A DNA stretch of 64,000 bases from an uncultured Dictyoglomota bacterium (GTDB lineage: Bacteria; Dictyoglomota; Dictyoglomia; Dictyoglomales; Dictyoglomaceae): assembly GCA_964654465.1 (NCBI GenBank), contig CAZZIO010000040.1, positions 190,037 to 254,036 on the forward strand, in the 5' to 3' direction. The translations under genes and the position numbers were made by a program. This document shows positions 50,251 through 59,339 of the stretch, in pieces (position 1 is the stretch's first letter; every line of letters starts with the position of its first letter). The notes beneath the pieces were generated by a model. That model saw nothing but the letters and a program-made list of their open reading frames with translations, made no database searches and was not told where the DNA came from.

Positions 50251-53156
50251 TAAAACTTGTGAGCTTAAAACTTAGAAATTTTAAACAATATGAAATAGCA
50301 TCTCTAAATTTTCCAGATCAGGGAAGAATACTTATAAAAGGGAGGAATGAGGCAGGAAAAAGTAGTATATTTGAGGCAATTTATTTTGCACTTTTTGGGG
50401 AAGGACTCGAGCACAATAATAGTGATCTTATAAGATTTGGAACTAACGAAACAACAGTAGAGCTTACTGTAAAAACTAATGATAAATTAATAACCATAAG
50501 AAGAGTCCTTCCTCTTAATAAAAACCAAGACGCCTCTTTGGTTATAAAAAATATAAATGAGCAAACTACAAAACAAGAAATAGTAAAAGGACCAAGAATT
50601 GTAAACAGTAGAATAGTTAAAGAGATAGGTCTTGATGGAGATATATTATTAAACACATGTCTTGTAGCACAAAAAAAATTAGATGCCTTAGAAACTTTAA
50701 AGGCTGGAGACAGAAGAGAAATAATATCCAAATTATTTAACTTGGATTATCTTTTGAATATTTCTGAGAAGGCAAAACAGATCAAAAATGAACTTGAGAA
50801 ACAAAAACCCCAATATGAACTTTTGAAGAAAGCAGCTGAGGCTAAAAGAGTTTTACCAGAAATTGAAGAGGAATTAGATAAAATCCATATAGAAATAGGA
50901 AGGATTGAAAAAATCGAAAAATCTAAAAATATATACAATTTGGAATTAACTTTAAATAATCTTAAAGAAGAAATTAGAGGCTTGGAACAAAATCTTGAAA
51001 ACCTAAAAAATAAAGTAGAAACCTTAGAATTCTTAAGAGAAGAAAAAAGAAAAATAGAAGAAATAACAAGCATTAAAGAAAAACTTCAAATATTAGAAAA
51101 TCAGAGAGAAAAGCTTCAAAAAGAAATAACTAATTTAGAAGAAAGAATAACTAAAGAAAAGGAACTTTCAACTCAACTTGAAGGGCTTAATAATGTTATT
51201 AAGATAAAGCAAGAAATTGAAAAATTAGAAAAAGTATTAAGTGATGGAAATAATTTAATATCAAACCTTCAAGAAAAATTCACAAAATATAAGGAATTAG
51301 AAAACAAAACATCAAAAGAAAAAGAATTACAGGAGGAGAAAGATAAGCTCCAAAAAGAAGAGAGAAACTCACTTCTTAAGAAAAATCTGTTAGAATTAAG
51401 AATTAAGAAACTAAGAGATATATTAGGAAAAATACAAGAAATACCTCAAATAGAAGATACATATAAAAGGGCTTTAGAATATCATCAACAAAAGAATAAG
51501 GTTTATGAATTAATTTATAAAGTACAAAAAACTAAAAAATACTTTGTTACCTCATCATTCATTACACTACTATCTTTAACATTAGCTATCCTTTTATCAA
51601 AAATATTTTTTATCACTACAGGAATATTAACCATTTTATCCATCTACTTTTATCAGAATTATGCAAAGATCAATAAAGAGTTTACCAAAGAAAAAAATCT
51701 TCAAGAATATATTGAGAAAGACATTCCTCTCGAACTCAAAGAAAAGAATCAAGAAGAGTTAGCCTTAATATTAAATAAAATTAAAGAGAAAAAAACATAT
51801 AAAAAGGAACAAATAGAAAGATTAGAAGAAAAACTTAAAATGAAACTTAATCAAACCAATAATTTAATTACAGAAATAGTACAAAAGAAAGCTCACATAG
51901 AAAGTGAACTTAAAAATATTGATTCTTACAAAAATGAAATCCATAAATTATCCTTAGAATTCCAAGAAAAATTAAAAGAAAGTAACTTGGACAAAATAGA
52001 AGAGAAGTTAAAAAAGTTATCAGACACCCTTAAAAAGAAGGAAGAAGAATTAATCTCCTTAAGAGAAAAGGATACTATGCCTGAAAAGGAACTATCTTAT
52101 CTCATTTCTCAAAAAGGCTCTATAGAAAACGAGCTTGAAAATATAAGGAGATTAAAAGAGGAATTAGAAAGGAAAAAAAGAGACCACAAAAATATTGAAA
52201 ACGAAATATCAAAAGAACAGGCAAATTTAGAAGCAAAGATAAACGAATTAAGAAGAAGTGATGATAAGTATATGTCAGAAATAGAAGAATTAATAAGACA
52301 GCTGGAAAATGATAGAGTAAAAGAAGAATATGAAAAAATTGCTCAAGAACTAAACAAGAAAAAGGGCGAAAAAAACTCTATAGAGAAAAATTATCAGGAT
52401 CTAATAACTGAATTTTCCAAAAGATTTGTAGAGGATTGGAGAAACTACATAAATGAAGTATTTGATGAAAATTTAAAAGAGAAATTAATAATAAAAGAAA
52501 AAGAACTCCTTCAACAAAAAGGTGAAAAAGAAGGAATACTAAAAGAATATGAGCTAAAAACAGGAAGTAAAAGAGAAGATTTAGACCCAGAAAGGATAAA
52601 TCAAGAATATATTAAATTAGAAAAAGAAATTATTAAAATGAACTATGCAATGAAGATTGCAGATACCACAAGAGAAACTATATTAAAAGCAATTAGACCA
52701 AGAACAGAATCCTTCATGCAAAAAATATTACCCATTTTAACCTCAGATAGATATCATTATGTAGAGATTGGGGACGATTACAAATTAAAAGTTTACACAA
52801 GTTTCAAAAAGGAACCCTTAGAAAAAAACATTTTTAGCGGAGGAACACAAGATCAACTTTCCTTAGCTTTAAGACTTGCTTTTGCTATGGCCACGTTACC
52901 TCAAGATAAGGGTATACAGCCCAAATTTATATTCTTAGATGAACCTCTTGGATCTTTTGATGAGGACAGAGCAAAAGGCTTATTATACCTTCTCACTGAA
53001 GGAGAAGTAGCAGAGCATTTTGATCAAATCTTTCTTATAACACATGTTCCTATCGATGAATCTATTTTTGATGAAATCTACTATGTAGAAAATGGTAAAA
53101 TAACAAAAGTACAGGAAAACATTACTCAATCTTTAGATTACGAAGATAATTCTTAA
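50247..53156 (+). CDS. sbcC: Rad50/SbcC-like SMC ATPase with a central hydrophobic segment and no Zn hook
   Basis: LRNFK, Walker A GRNEAGKSS, long coiled coil, signature FSGGTQDQ, FIFLDEPLGSFD and LITH. Confidence 0.88.
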   Translation: MIKLVSLKLRNFKQYEIASLNFPDQGRILIKGRNEAGKSSIFEAIYFALFGEGLEHNNSDLIRFGTNETTVELTVKTNDKLITIRRVLPLNKNQDASLVIKNINEQTTKQEIVKGPRIVNSRIVKEIGLDGDILLNTCLVAQKKLDALETLKAGDRREIISKLFNLDYLLNISEKAKQIKNELEKQKPQYELLKKAAEAKRVLPEIEEELDKIHIEIGRIEKIEKSKNIYNLELTLNNLKEEIRGLEQNLENLKNKVETLEFLREEKRKIEEITSIKEKLQILENQREKLQKEITNLEERITKEKELSTQLEGLNNVIKIKQEIEKLEKVLSDGNNLISNLQEKFTKYKELENKTSKEKELQEEKDKLQKEERNSLLKKNLLELRIKKLRDILGKIQEIPQIEDTYKRALEYHQQKNKVYELIYKVQKTKKYFVTSSFITLLSLTLAILLSKIFFITTGILTILSIYFYQNYAKINKEFTKEKNLQEYIEKDIPLELKEKNQEELALILNKIKEKKTYKKEQIERLEEKLKMKLNQTNNLITEIVQKKAHIESELKNIDSYKNEIHKLSLEFQEKLKESNLDKIEEKLKKLSDTLKKKEEELISLREKDTMPEKELSYLISQKGSIENELENIRRLKEELERKKRDHKNIENEISKEQANLEAKINELRRSDDKYMSEIEELIRQLENDRVKEEYEKIAQELNKKKGEKNSIEKNYQDLITEFSKRFVEDWRNYINEVFDENLKEKLIIKEKELLQQKGEKEGILKEYELKTGSKREDLDPERINQEYIKLEKEIIKMNYAMKIADTTRETILKAIRPRTESFMQKILPILTSDRYHYVEIGDDYKLKVYTSFKKEPLEKNIFSGGTQDQLSLALRLAFAMATLPQDKGIQPKFIFLDEPLGSFDEDRAKGLLYLLTEGEVAEHFDQIFLITHVPIDESIFDEIYYVENGKITKVQENITQSLDYEDNS

Positions 53157-53988
53157 ATTGTTCTCCTAAATCTTCTCTCTGAAGAGCAAGTTCTACTGAA
53201 GCCTTTAAAAAACCAAGTTTACTTCCAGTATCATATCTCTTTCCCTTAAATTCATAAGCATATATAGCTTCCTTCTCTAATAATAATTTAAGTCCATCAG
53301 TAAGTTGTATCTCTCCCCCCCTTCCTGGCCTTACCTTCTCAAGCATATTAAAGATTTCAGGAGTTAATATGTATCTCCCAACAATAGCTAAATTAGAAGG
53401 AGCTTCTTCCACGGAGGGTTTCTCTACCAGATCTGTTACTTGATAAATCCCTTCTTCAATCTCTCTTCCAGAAATAATACCATAGTTTTTAACCTCATTC
53501 CTTGGCACCCTTTCCACTGCAACAATAGAACACTTATATCTCTCGTAAATCTCTATCATTTGCTTTATACATGGAATATTACTGACTATTAAATCATCAC
53601 TCAAAATAACAGCAAAAGGTTCATCTTTCACTAATGCCTTTGTTACAAGCACAGCATGACCAAGACCCAAAGGTTCCTTCTGTCTTATATAATAAACTGT
53701 ACCAAGCTCTGATATTTCCCTAACTTGTCTTAAAAGATCTAAATCACCTTTCTTTTGAAGAAAATATTCCAACTCAAAAGATATATCAAAATGATCCTCA
53801 ATAGCCCTTTTATTCCTACCAGTTACTATTATGATTTCTTCAATTCCTGAATTTACAGCCTCTTCTACAGCATATTGTATTATAGGTTTATCAACTACTG
53901 GAAGCATCTCTTTAGGCTGAGCCTTTGTAGCAGGTAAAAATCTGGTACCAAGACCAGCAGCAGGAAAAACAGCTTTCTTAATACTCAT
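53122..53988 (-). CDS. galU: UTP--glucose-1-phosphate uridylyltransferase
   Basis: AVFPAAGLGTRFLPATKAQPKEMLP, VEKP and GEIQLTD. Confidence 0.96.
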   Translation of the reverse strand: MSIKKAVFPAAGLGTRFLPATKAQPKEMLPVVDKPIIQYAVEEAVNSGIEEIIIVTGRNKRAIEDHFDISFELEYFLQKKGDLDLLRQVREISELGTVYYIRQKEPLGLGHAVLVTKALVKDEPFAVILSDDLIVSNIPCIKQMIEIYERYKCSIVAVERVPRNEVKNYGIISGREIEEGIYQVTDLVEKPSVEEAPSNLAIVGRYILTPEIFNMLEKVRPGRGGEIQLTDGLKLLLEKEAIYAYEFKGKRYDTGSKLGFLKASVELALQREDLGEQFKNYLRNLKIE

Positions 53989-54003
53989 CTTTGAGTTCCT
54001 CCT

Positions 54004-54357
54004 CTAATTTTCAGGAATTTTAACTATAACTAAAGTTAAACTCTCATTTTCTACTCTAAGCTGATGACAAATCCCAGCGGGAATTATTAAGACATCACCA
54101 TCTTTTATATTTATCTCCTCTGGTTCTATAATTTCACATTTTCTTATTTCTCCTTCCTCAATCTCTGTACCCCCACTATATTTATCACTTAATAATACTT
54201 TCCCTCTCCCTTTAAATACGATATACATATCATTGACTCTTTTATGAACCTCTGTATCACTTATAAAAGTTGGAGAAAAGTTTAAAAACCTAACCATAAA
54301 ATTACCTTTTTTATAATCTTCCAAATTCCCTTCAGAAAGTGAAAATTTTCTAAACAT
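54004..54357 (-). CDS. Cupin-domain protein
   Basis: EVHKRVNDMYIVFKGRG...GDVLIIPAGICHQ. Start moved to the ATG at 54357, which follows GGGGAGG. Confidence 0.75.
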   Translation of the reverse strand: MFRKFSLSEGNLEDYKKGNFMVRFLNFSPTFISDTEVHKRVNDMYIVFKGRGKVLLSDKYSGGTEIEEGEIRKCEIIEPEEINIKDGDVLIIPAGICHQLRVENESLTLVIVKIPEN

Positions 54358-54477
54358 ATCATTCCTCCCCAAAAAGTTTAACAAACCTCTAATTATTCTA
54401 TACATTAAAGATTATTTAAGCAACTTTTTTTAATTACAATTTTGTGCTAAAATTAAATGGAAAAGCTGATAAAAATC

Positions 54478-54518
54478 GCAAAGGTGCTTTGGACGAAAGG
54501 GGCCAAAGCACCTTTTTT
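54478..54518 (+). terminator. Leader terminator (attenuator-like) upstream of the NifV-like gene
   Basis: AAAGGTGCTTTGG-ACGAAAGGGG-CCAAAGCACCTTT-TTT lies between a TGnTAAAAT -10 (54445-54453) and the RBS; no upstream + strand gene needs terminating here. Confidence 0.75.
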
Positions 54519-54564
54519 AGTTTTTAGTGAAAGATAAATATTTAAACAAGGAGGCGTATAAAAT

Positions 54565-55713
54565 ATGAAGGATACAGAAATAAAGATAGTAGATACAACA
54601 TTGAGAGATGGAGAACAAACAGCTGGAGTAGTATTCTCAAAAGCTGAAAAACTCCAAATAGCAAGAATGCTTGACGAAATAGGAGTACATCAGATCGAGG
54701 CTGGTATCCCTGTCATGGGAGGAGATGAGGAGGAAGCAATAAAGGCTATAGTAAAGGCTGGCCTCAAAGCCAGTATTATGGGATGGAATAGAGCTGTTAT
54801 AAGTGATATTGAGGCATCATTGAGATGTGGTGTGGATGCAGTAGCTATTTCTATTTCTACTTCCGATATCCATATAAAATATAAACTTAAAAAGACAAGA
54901 GAATGGGTTTTGGAAAATATGGTTAAAGCTACAGAATTTGCCAAGAAACATGGAGTATATATATCGGTAAACGCAGAAGATGCCTCAAGAACAGACTTAG
55001 AATTCCTACTCCAGTTTGCAAAAGCAGCCAAAGAAGCAGGCGCAGACAGATTGCGATTTTGTGATACTGTTGGAATAATGGAACCTTTCACAATATACGA
55101 GATTGTTAAGACCATTATAGAAAAGGTAGGAATTCCTGTAGAAATGCATACCCATAATGATTTTGGTATGGCTACTGCCAATGCTTTAGCAGGAGTAAGA
55201 GCTGGGGCAACCTATGTAGGCGTAACTGTAAATGGACTTGGTGAAAGAGCTGGAAATGCAGCATTGGAAGAAGTGGTCATGGCCTTGAAGTATATTTATA
55301 ACATAGATGTAGGAATTAAAACTTATAAATTGAAAGAATTATGTGAGTATGTAGCAAAAGCTTCTGCAAGAGAATTACCTGTAAATAAAGCTATAGTAGG
55401 TAAAAATATATTTGCTCATGAATCTGGCATACATGCAGATGGTGTAATTAAATATCCTAAAACATATGAAGTATTCTCTCCAGAAGAGGTAGGAGGAGAA
55501 AGACAGATAGTAATTGGTAAACATTCAGGTACTCATGCTCTTATAAGAAAATTCCAAGAATATGGAATCACTTTATCTGAAGAGGATGCCCAAGAATTAC
55601 TTAAAAAGGTAAGAGCTCTTGCTGTAGAACTTAAAAGACCTTTATTTGATAAAGAATTAATGTATCTTTATAATGACTATCTAAAAGAAAAATTAGAAAA
55701 AGAAGGAGTGTAA
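54565..55713 (+). CDS. NifV/homocitrate-synthase-like 2-oxoacid:acetyl-CoA condensing enzyme (possibly Re-citrate synthase)
   Basis: DTTLRDGEQ, HTHNDFGMA, GLGERAGNA and HESGIH; 382 aa, lacking the LeuA regulatory domain. Confidence 0.85.
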   Translation: MKDTEIKIVDTTLRDGEQTAGVVFSKAEKLQIARMLDEIGVHQIEAGIPVMGGDEEEAIKAIVKAGLKASIMGWNRAVISDIEASLRCGVDAVAISISTSDIHIKYKLKKTREWVLENMVKATEFAKKHGVYISVNAEDASRTDLEFLLQFAKAAKEAGADRLRFCDTVGIMEPFTIYEIVKTIIEKVGIPVEMHTHNDFGMATANALAGVRAGATYVGVTVNGLGERAGNAALEEVVMALKYIYNIDVGIKTYKLKELCEYVAKASARELPVNKAIVGKNIFAHESGIHADGVIKYPKTYEVFSPEEVGGERQIVIGKHSGTHALIRKFQEYGITLSEEDAQELLKKVRALAVELKRPLFDKELMYLYNDYLKEKLEKEGV

Positions 55714-55715
55714 AG

Positions 55716-56972
55716 ATGGGAAAAACCATAGTAGAAAAAATTTTTTCTAAGCATGCTGGTAAAGATGTTAGAGCAGGAGATATTGTTATTGCTAAATTAG
55801 ATGCTTTAATGGGACAAGATGGCACATCCCCATTAGCAATAAAAGTCTTTGAGGAATTAGGAGGAACAAGAGTTGTAAATGCAGAAAAAGTACTTATTGT
55901 TATGGACCACTCTGTTCCTCCCCCTAACGAAGGAGTGGCTAACCTTCACAAGTTAATGAGAGAATTTGCAGAAAAATATGGAACTCAGATTACGGAATTT
56001 GGAGAAGGGGTATGTCACCAAGTTTTTATGGAAAGAGGTTTAGCTATTCCAGGAAGTCTGGTAATTGGGGCGGACTCCCATACATGCACTTATGGGGCAT
56101 TAAACTGCTTTTCCACTGGGGTAGGATCCAGTGAGCTTGCAGCAGCAATGTATACGGGTAAATTGTGGTTTAAAGTTCCAAATACTGTTAAAATCAATCT
56201 CAATGGCAAACTTCCTAAGTGGGTTGTTTCAAAGGATATCATATTATACTTAGTAGGATACTTTAAAGCTGATGGATTAACATACAAAGCAATTGAATTT
56301 GATGGAGAAACTATTAGAGACCTTTCTATAGATGGAAGAGCTACAATAACTAATATGGTCGTAGAAATGGGTGCAAAAGCTGGTATTATGCCATTTGATG
56401 AAAAAACAAGGGAATTTTTTAAAAACATAGGAATGGATATAAATAGTGGTATTGAAGCAGACAAAGACGCAGAATATGAGGCTGTTTATAATTTTGATAT
56501 TTCTAATTTAGAGCCACAAGTAGCCTTACCCCATACTGTGGACAATGTATATCCCATATCTCAAATAGAGAAAATAAAAATTCATGAAGCTTTTATAGGA
56601 ACATGTACTAATGGTAGATTGGAAGATTTAAGATATGCAGCTCAGATATTAAAGGGGAAAAAGGTAGATAAAAATGTTAAACTTATAATCACTCCAGCAT
56701 CTAAGCGAATATATACGCAAGCCTTAAAAGAAGGACTTATTGAAATATTTTTAAATGCAGGAGCTATAGTTACAAATCCTGGTTGTGGTCCATGTGTAGG
56801 AACACATCAAGGAGTACCAGCTGATGGAGAGAATGTTATATCTACTGCAAATAGAAATTTTAAAGGAAGAATGGGAAACAATAAAGCCTTAATTTACCTT
56901 GCATCTCCTTTAACAGTAGCTGCCTCAGCGATAAAGGGAGAAATTACTGATCCTCGTGAATTTTTAAATTAG
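55716..56972 (+). CDS. LeuC/HacA-like (homo)aconitase/isopropylmalate dehydratase large subunit
   Basis: DHSVP, GVCHQ, GADSHTCT, IGTCTNGR, PGCGPCVG and NRNFKGRMG. Confidence 0.9.
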   Translation: MGKTIVEKIFSKHAGKDVRAGDIVIAKLDALMGQDGTSPLAIKVFEELGGTRVVNAEKVLIVMDHSVPPPNEGVANLHKLMREFAEKYGTQITEFGEGVCHQVFMERGLAIPGSLVIGADSHTCTYGALNCFSTGVGSSELAAAMYTGKLWFKVPNTVKINLNGKLPKWVVSKDIILYLVGYFKADGLTYKAIEFDGETIRDLSIDGRATITNMVVEMGAKAGIMPFDEKTREFFKNIGMDINSGIEADKDAEYEAVYNFDISNLEPQVALPHTVDNVYPISQIEKIKIHEAFIGTCTNGRLEDLRYAAQILKGKKVDKNVKLIITPASKRIYTQALKEGLIEIFLNAGAIVTNPGCGPCVGTHQGVPADGENVISTANRNFKGRMGNNKALIYLASPLTVAASAIKGEITDPREFLN

Positions 56973-56987
56973 GAGGAAAGAATAAAA

Positions 56988-57488
56988 ATGATATTAAAAG
57001 GTAAAGCTCATAAATTCGGAGACGATATAAATACTGATTATATTATATCTGGAAAATACAAATTTAAATCCTTAGACTTTAATGAGATGTCAAAACATCT
57101 CTTTGAAGATTTAGATCCAGAATTTTATAAAAAGATAAACCCAGGGGATATAATAGTGGCTGGAAAGAATTTCGGATGTGGCTCCTCAAGAGAACAAGCC
57201 CCTTTAGTTATAAAATATGCAGGAATAAGTTTAGTAATTGCCAAAAGTTTTGCAAGAATATTTTACAGGAATTCAATTAATATTGGTCTTCCCCTCATAG
57301 AAGCTAATACTGATGAAATAGATAATGGAGATGAACTAGAGGTAGATTTATTTCAGGGAAAAATTTATAATAAGACTAAAAACATAACCATATTATCTAA
57401 GAGTACATTTCCAGATATCATGGTAAAAATATTACAAGCAGGAGGATTAGTAGAGTACCTTAAAAAAGAGGGAGATTTTAAAATATAA
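56988..57488 (+). CDS. LeuD/HacB-like dehydratase small subunit
   Basis: [21 protein letters not shown] and SFARIFYRN. Confidence 0.9.
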   Translation: MILKGKAHKFGDDINTDYIISGKYKFKSLDFNEMSKHLFEDLDPEFYKKINPGDIIVAGKNFGCGSSREQAPLVIKYAGISLVIAKSFARIFYRNSINIGLPLIEANTDEIDNGDELEVDLFQGKIYNKTKNITILSKSTFPDIMVKILQAGGLVEYLKKEGDFKI

Positions 57489-58640
57489 ATGCAGAATTTT
57501 TCTTTTTATCTACCTGTAAAGATTAAATTCGGTATAGGACTCTGGGAAAGAATTCCCGAAGAGTCCTATGCTTTGGGAGCCAAAAAGATACTCTTAGTAA
57601 CTGGTAGAAAGCATCTAAAAAATACAGGAATTTTAGATAAATTACTTCATCTTTTTAATAATTATCAAGTAGAAGTAATCGTTTTTGATGATGTACCTCC
57701 AGAACCACCATATTATGTAGTAGATAATGGTGCTGAGATTGCAAAATCAAAAGAAGTAGATTTAATTGTAGGAATAGGAGGTGGAAGTGTCTTAGATGTT
57801 GCAAAAGCTATAGCTTTAAAGATAAATCTTCCAGGTTCTATATGGGACTATATAGGTGAAAAAAGTGAAAAAATCTCTACACAAAGTATACCATGTATAT
57901 TAGTCCCTACTACAGCGGGTACAGCAAGCGAAGTAACTAAGGTATCAGTACTTATTAACCCAGACACTAAAGAAAAACTAAGTATAAGGCATGATAGTTT
58001 ATATGGAAAAATTGCTATTGTGGATCCTTTACTTACTTTATCCATGCCAAGAGAAAATACTATCTATAGTGGCTTAGATGCCTTTATTCATTCATTAGAA
58101 TCTTTTTTATCACTAAATAGCAACATTTTAACTGATCCCATTTCCATTAATTCTCTTAAAATTGTTTATAAATATTTGCCAAGAGTAATTGAAAATTTAG
58201 AAAGAATAGACTTAAGGGAAAAATTACTTTATGCAAGCACTATTAGTGGAGTGGCTTTCTCTCAAACAGGACTTGGAGGCATTCATGCCTTAGCCCATCC
58301 TATAGGAGTATATGCTAATATACCTCATGGTCTTGCATGTGCTCTCGTTACCCTTCCAATGCTAGAATATAATTTGGATATTTTACCAAGAGAGAAAATC
58401 TCAACCCTTGGCAGAGCTGTAGGGGTCTATTCTTTGAGATCTGCAAAGGAGAAAATTTTGAAAAAAATAGAAGAATTTTTAAAAACTTTAGATATAAAAT
58501 TAGGGCTCAGAAATTACGGAATATCAAAGGAACAGCTATCAATTATTGCTAAAGAAGCTCCAAAGACAGGCTCTTACAAAACGAATCCTCGAGCCCTAAA
58601 CTATGAAGTAATCTTAGAAATTCTCAAAAAAGCTTGGTAA
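57489..58640 (+). CDS. Iron-containing alcohol dehydrogenase
   Basis: GGGSVLDVAK, PTTAGTASE, DAFIHSLE and HALAH...PHG. Confidence 0.92.
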   Translation: MQNFSFYLPVKIKFGIGLWERIPEESYALGAKKILLVTGRKHLKNTGILDKLLHLFNNYQVEVIVFDDVPPEPPYYVVDNGAEIAKSKEVDLIVGIGGGSVLDVAKAIALKINLPGSIWDYIGEKSEKISTQSIPCILVPTTAGTASEVTKVSVLINPDTKEKLSIRHDSLYGKIAIVDPLLTLSMPRENTIYSGLDAFIHSLESFLSLNSNILTDPISINSLKIVYKYLPRVIENLERIDLREKLLYASTISGVAFSQTGLGGIHALAHPIGVYANIPHGLACALVTLPMLEYNLDILPREKISTLGRAVGVYSLRSAKEKILKKIEEFLKTLDIKLGLRNYGISKEQLSIIAKEAPKTGSYKTNPRALNYEVILEILKKAW

Positions 58641-58643
58641 ATC

Positions 58644-59339
58644 CTATTTTAAGCTAACTATATCTAAATCAGGTTTAAATTTTACTATTGAATTAGAAGG
58701 GAAATACCCTCTTACAGAAGCATTAGGATAAACTAGTACTTTTTTACCTAATATGGTGCCAGGATTTAAAACAGAATTACAACCTGTCTCACTCTCATCT
58801 CCTACAATTGCTCCCAATTTCCTTAATCCGGTATCATAAACTTCACCATTTACACTTATTCTTACTGTAGAGGAAGGTCCCATCTTTAAATTAGATATTT
58901 TTGTCCCAGCCCCTAAATTAACCTTATGACCTAAAATACTATCACCAACATAATTGAAATGAGGGGCTTTTGCACCATTTAGTAATATGCTATTTTTAAC
59001 CTCTGTACAATGCCCCACTACACAATTATCCCCTATATAAACATTTCCTCGTATATATGCACCTTGTCTTATCTCACAATTTTTTCCTATATAGGCAGGA
59101 CCCTTTATATATACAAATGGTTCTACGACTGTACCTTCACCTATATATACTGGACCCTCTATGAAAACTCCTCCCTGAATAATACCCTCTATATCTGGCT
59201 TTATATACTTTTCAAGAAAAGTTTTTAGATTTTTTAAGGCTTCCCAAACATATTCAACATTTTTAAAGAGATCTTCCTCTATTCCATCAATTTCAAAAAA
59301 ATCTTCTGGTGCCCACATAGACATATCCTCCTTTACCAT
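58644..59339 (-). CDS. Hexapeptide-repeat (left-handed beta-helix) acyltransferase, GlmU C-terminal-like
   Basis: IEGPVYIGEG..IKGPAYIGKN..IRGNVYIGDN repeats; EVKNS, HFNYVGDS and GLRKLGA; no nucleotidyltransferase domain. Confidence 0.82.
   Translation of the reverse strand: MVKEDMSMWAPEDFFEIDGIEEDLFKNVEYVWEALKNLKTFLEKYIKPDIEGIIQGGVFIEGPVYIGEGTVVEPFVYIKGPAYIGKNCEIRQGAYIRGNVYIGDNCVVGHCTEVKNSILLNGAKAPHFNYVGDSILGHKVNLGAGTKISNLKMGPSSTVRISVNGEVYDTGLRKLGAIVGDESETGCNSVLNPGTILGKKVLVYPNASVRGYFPSNSIVKFKPDLDIVSLK

Noticed and set aside
47393-53156. HerA plus SMC-like ATPase as an anti-phage system (Sir2-HerA, Lamassu, Wadjet)
   Set aside because: The partners are NurA-like and Mre11-like, HerA has a HAS-barrel-type N-terminus, and there is no effector, kleisin or defence-island context. 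DNA repair is the simpler reading, although a role against foreign DNA is not excluded.
54565-55713. nifV as evidence of nitrogen fixation
   Set aside because: No nifHDK/ENB genes in the window; the neighbours are dehydratase subunits.
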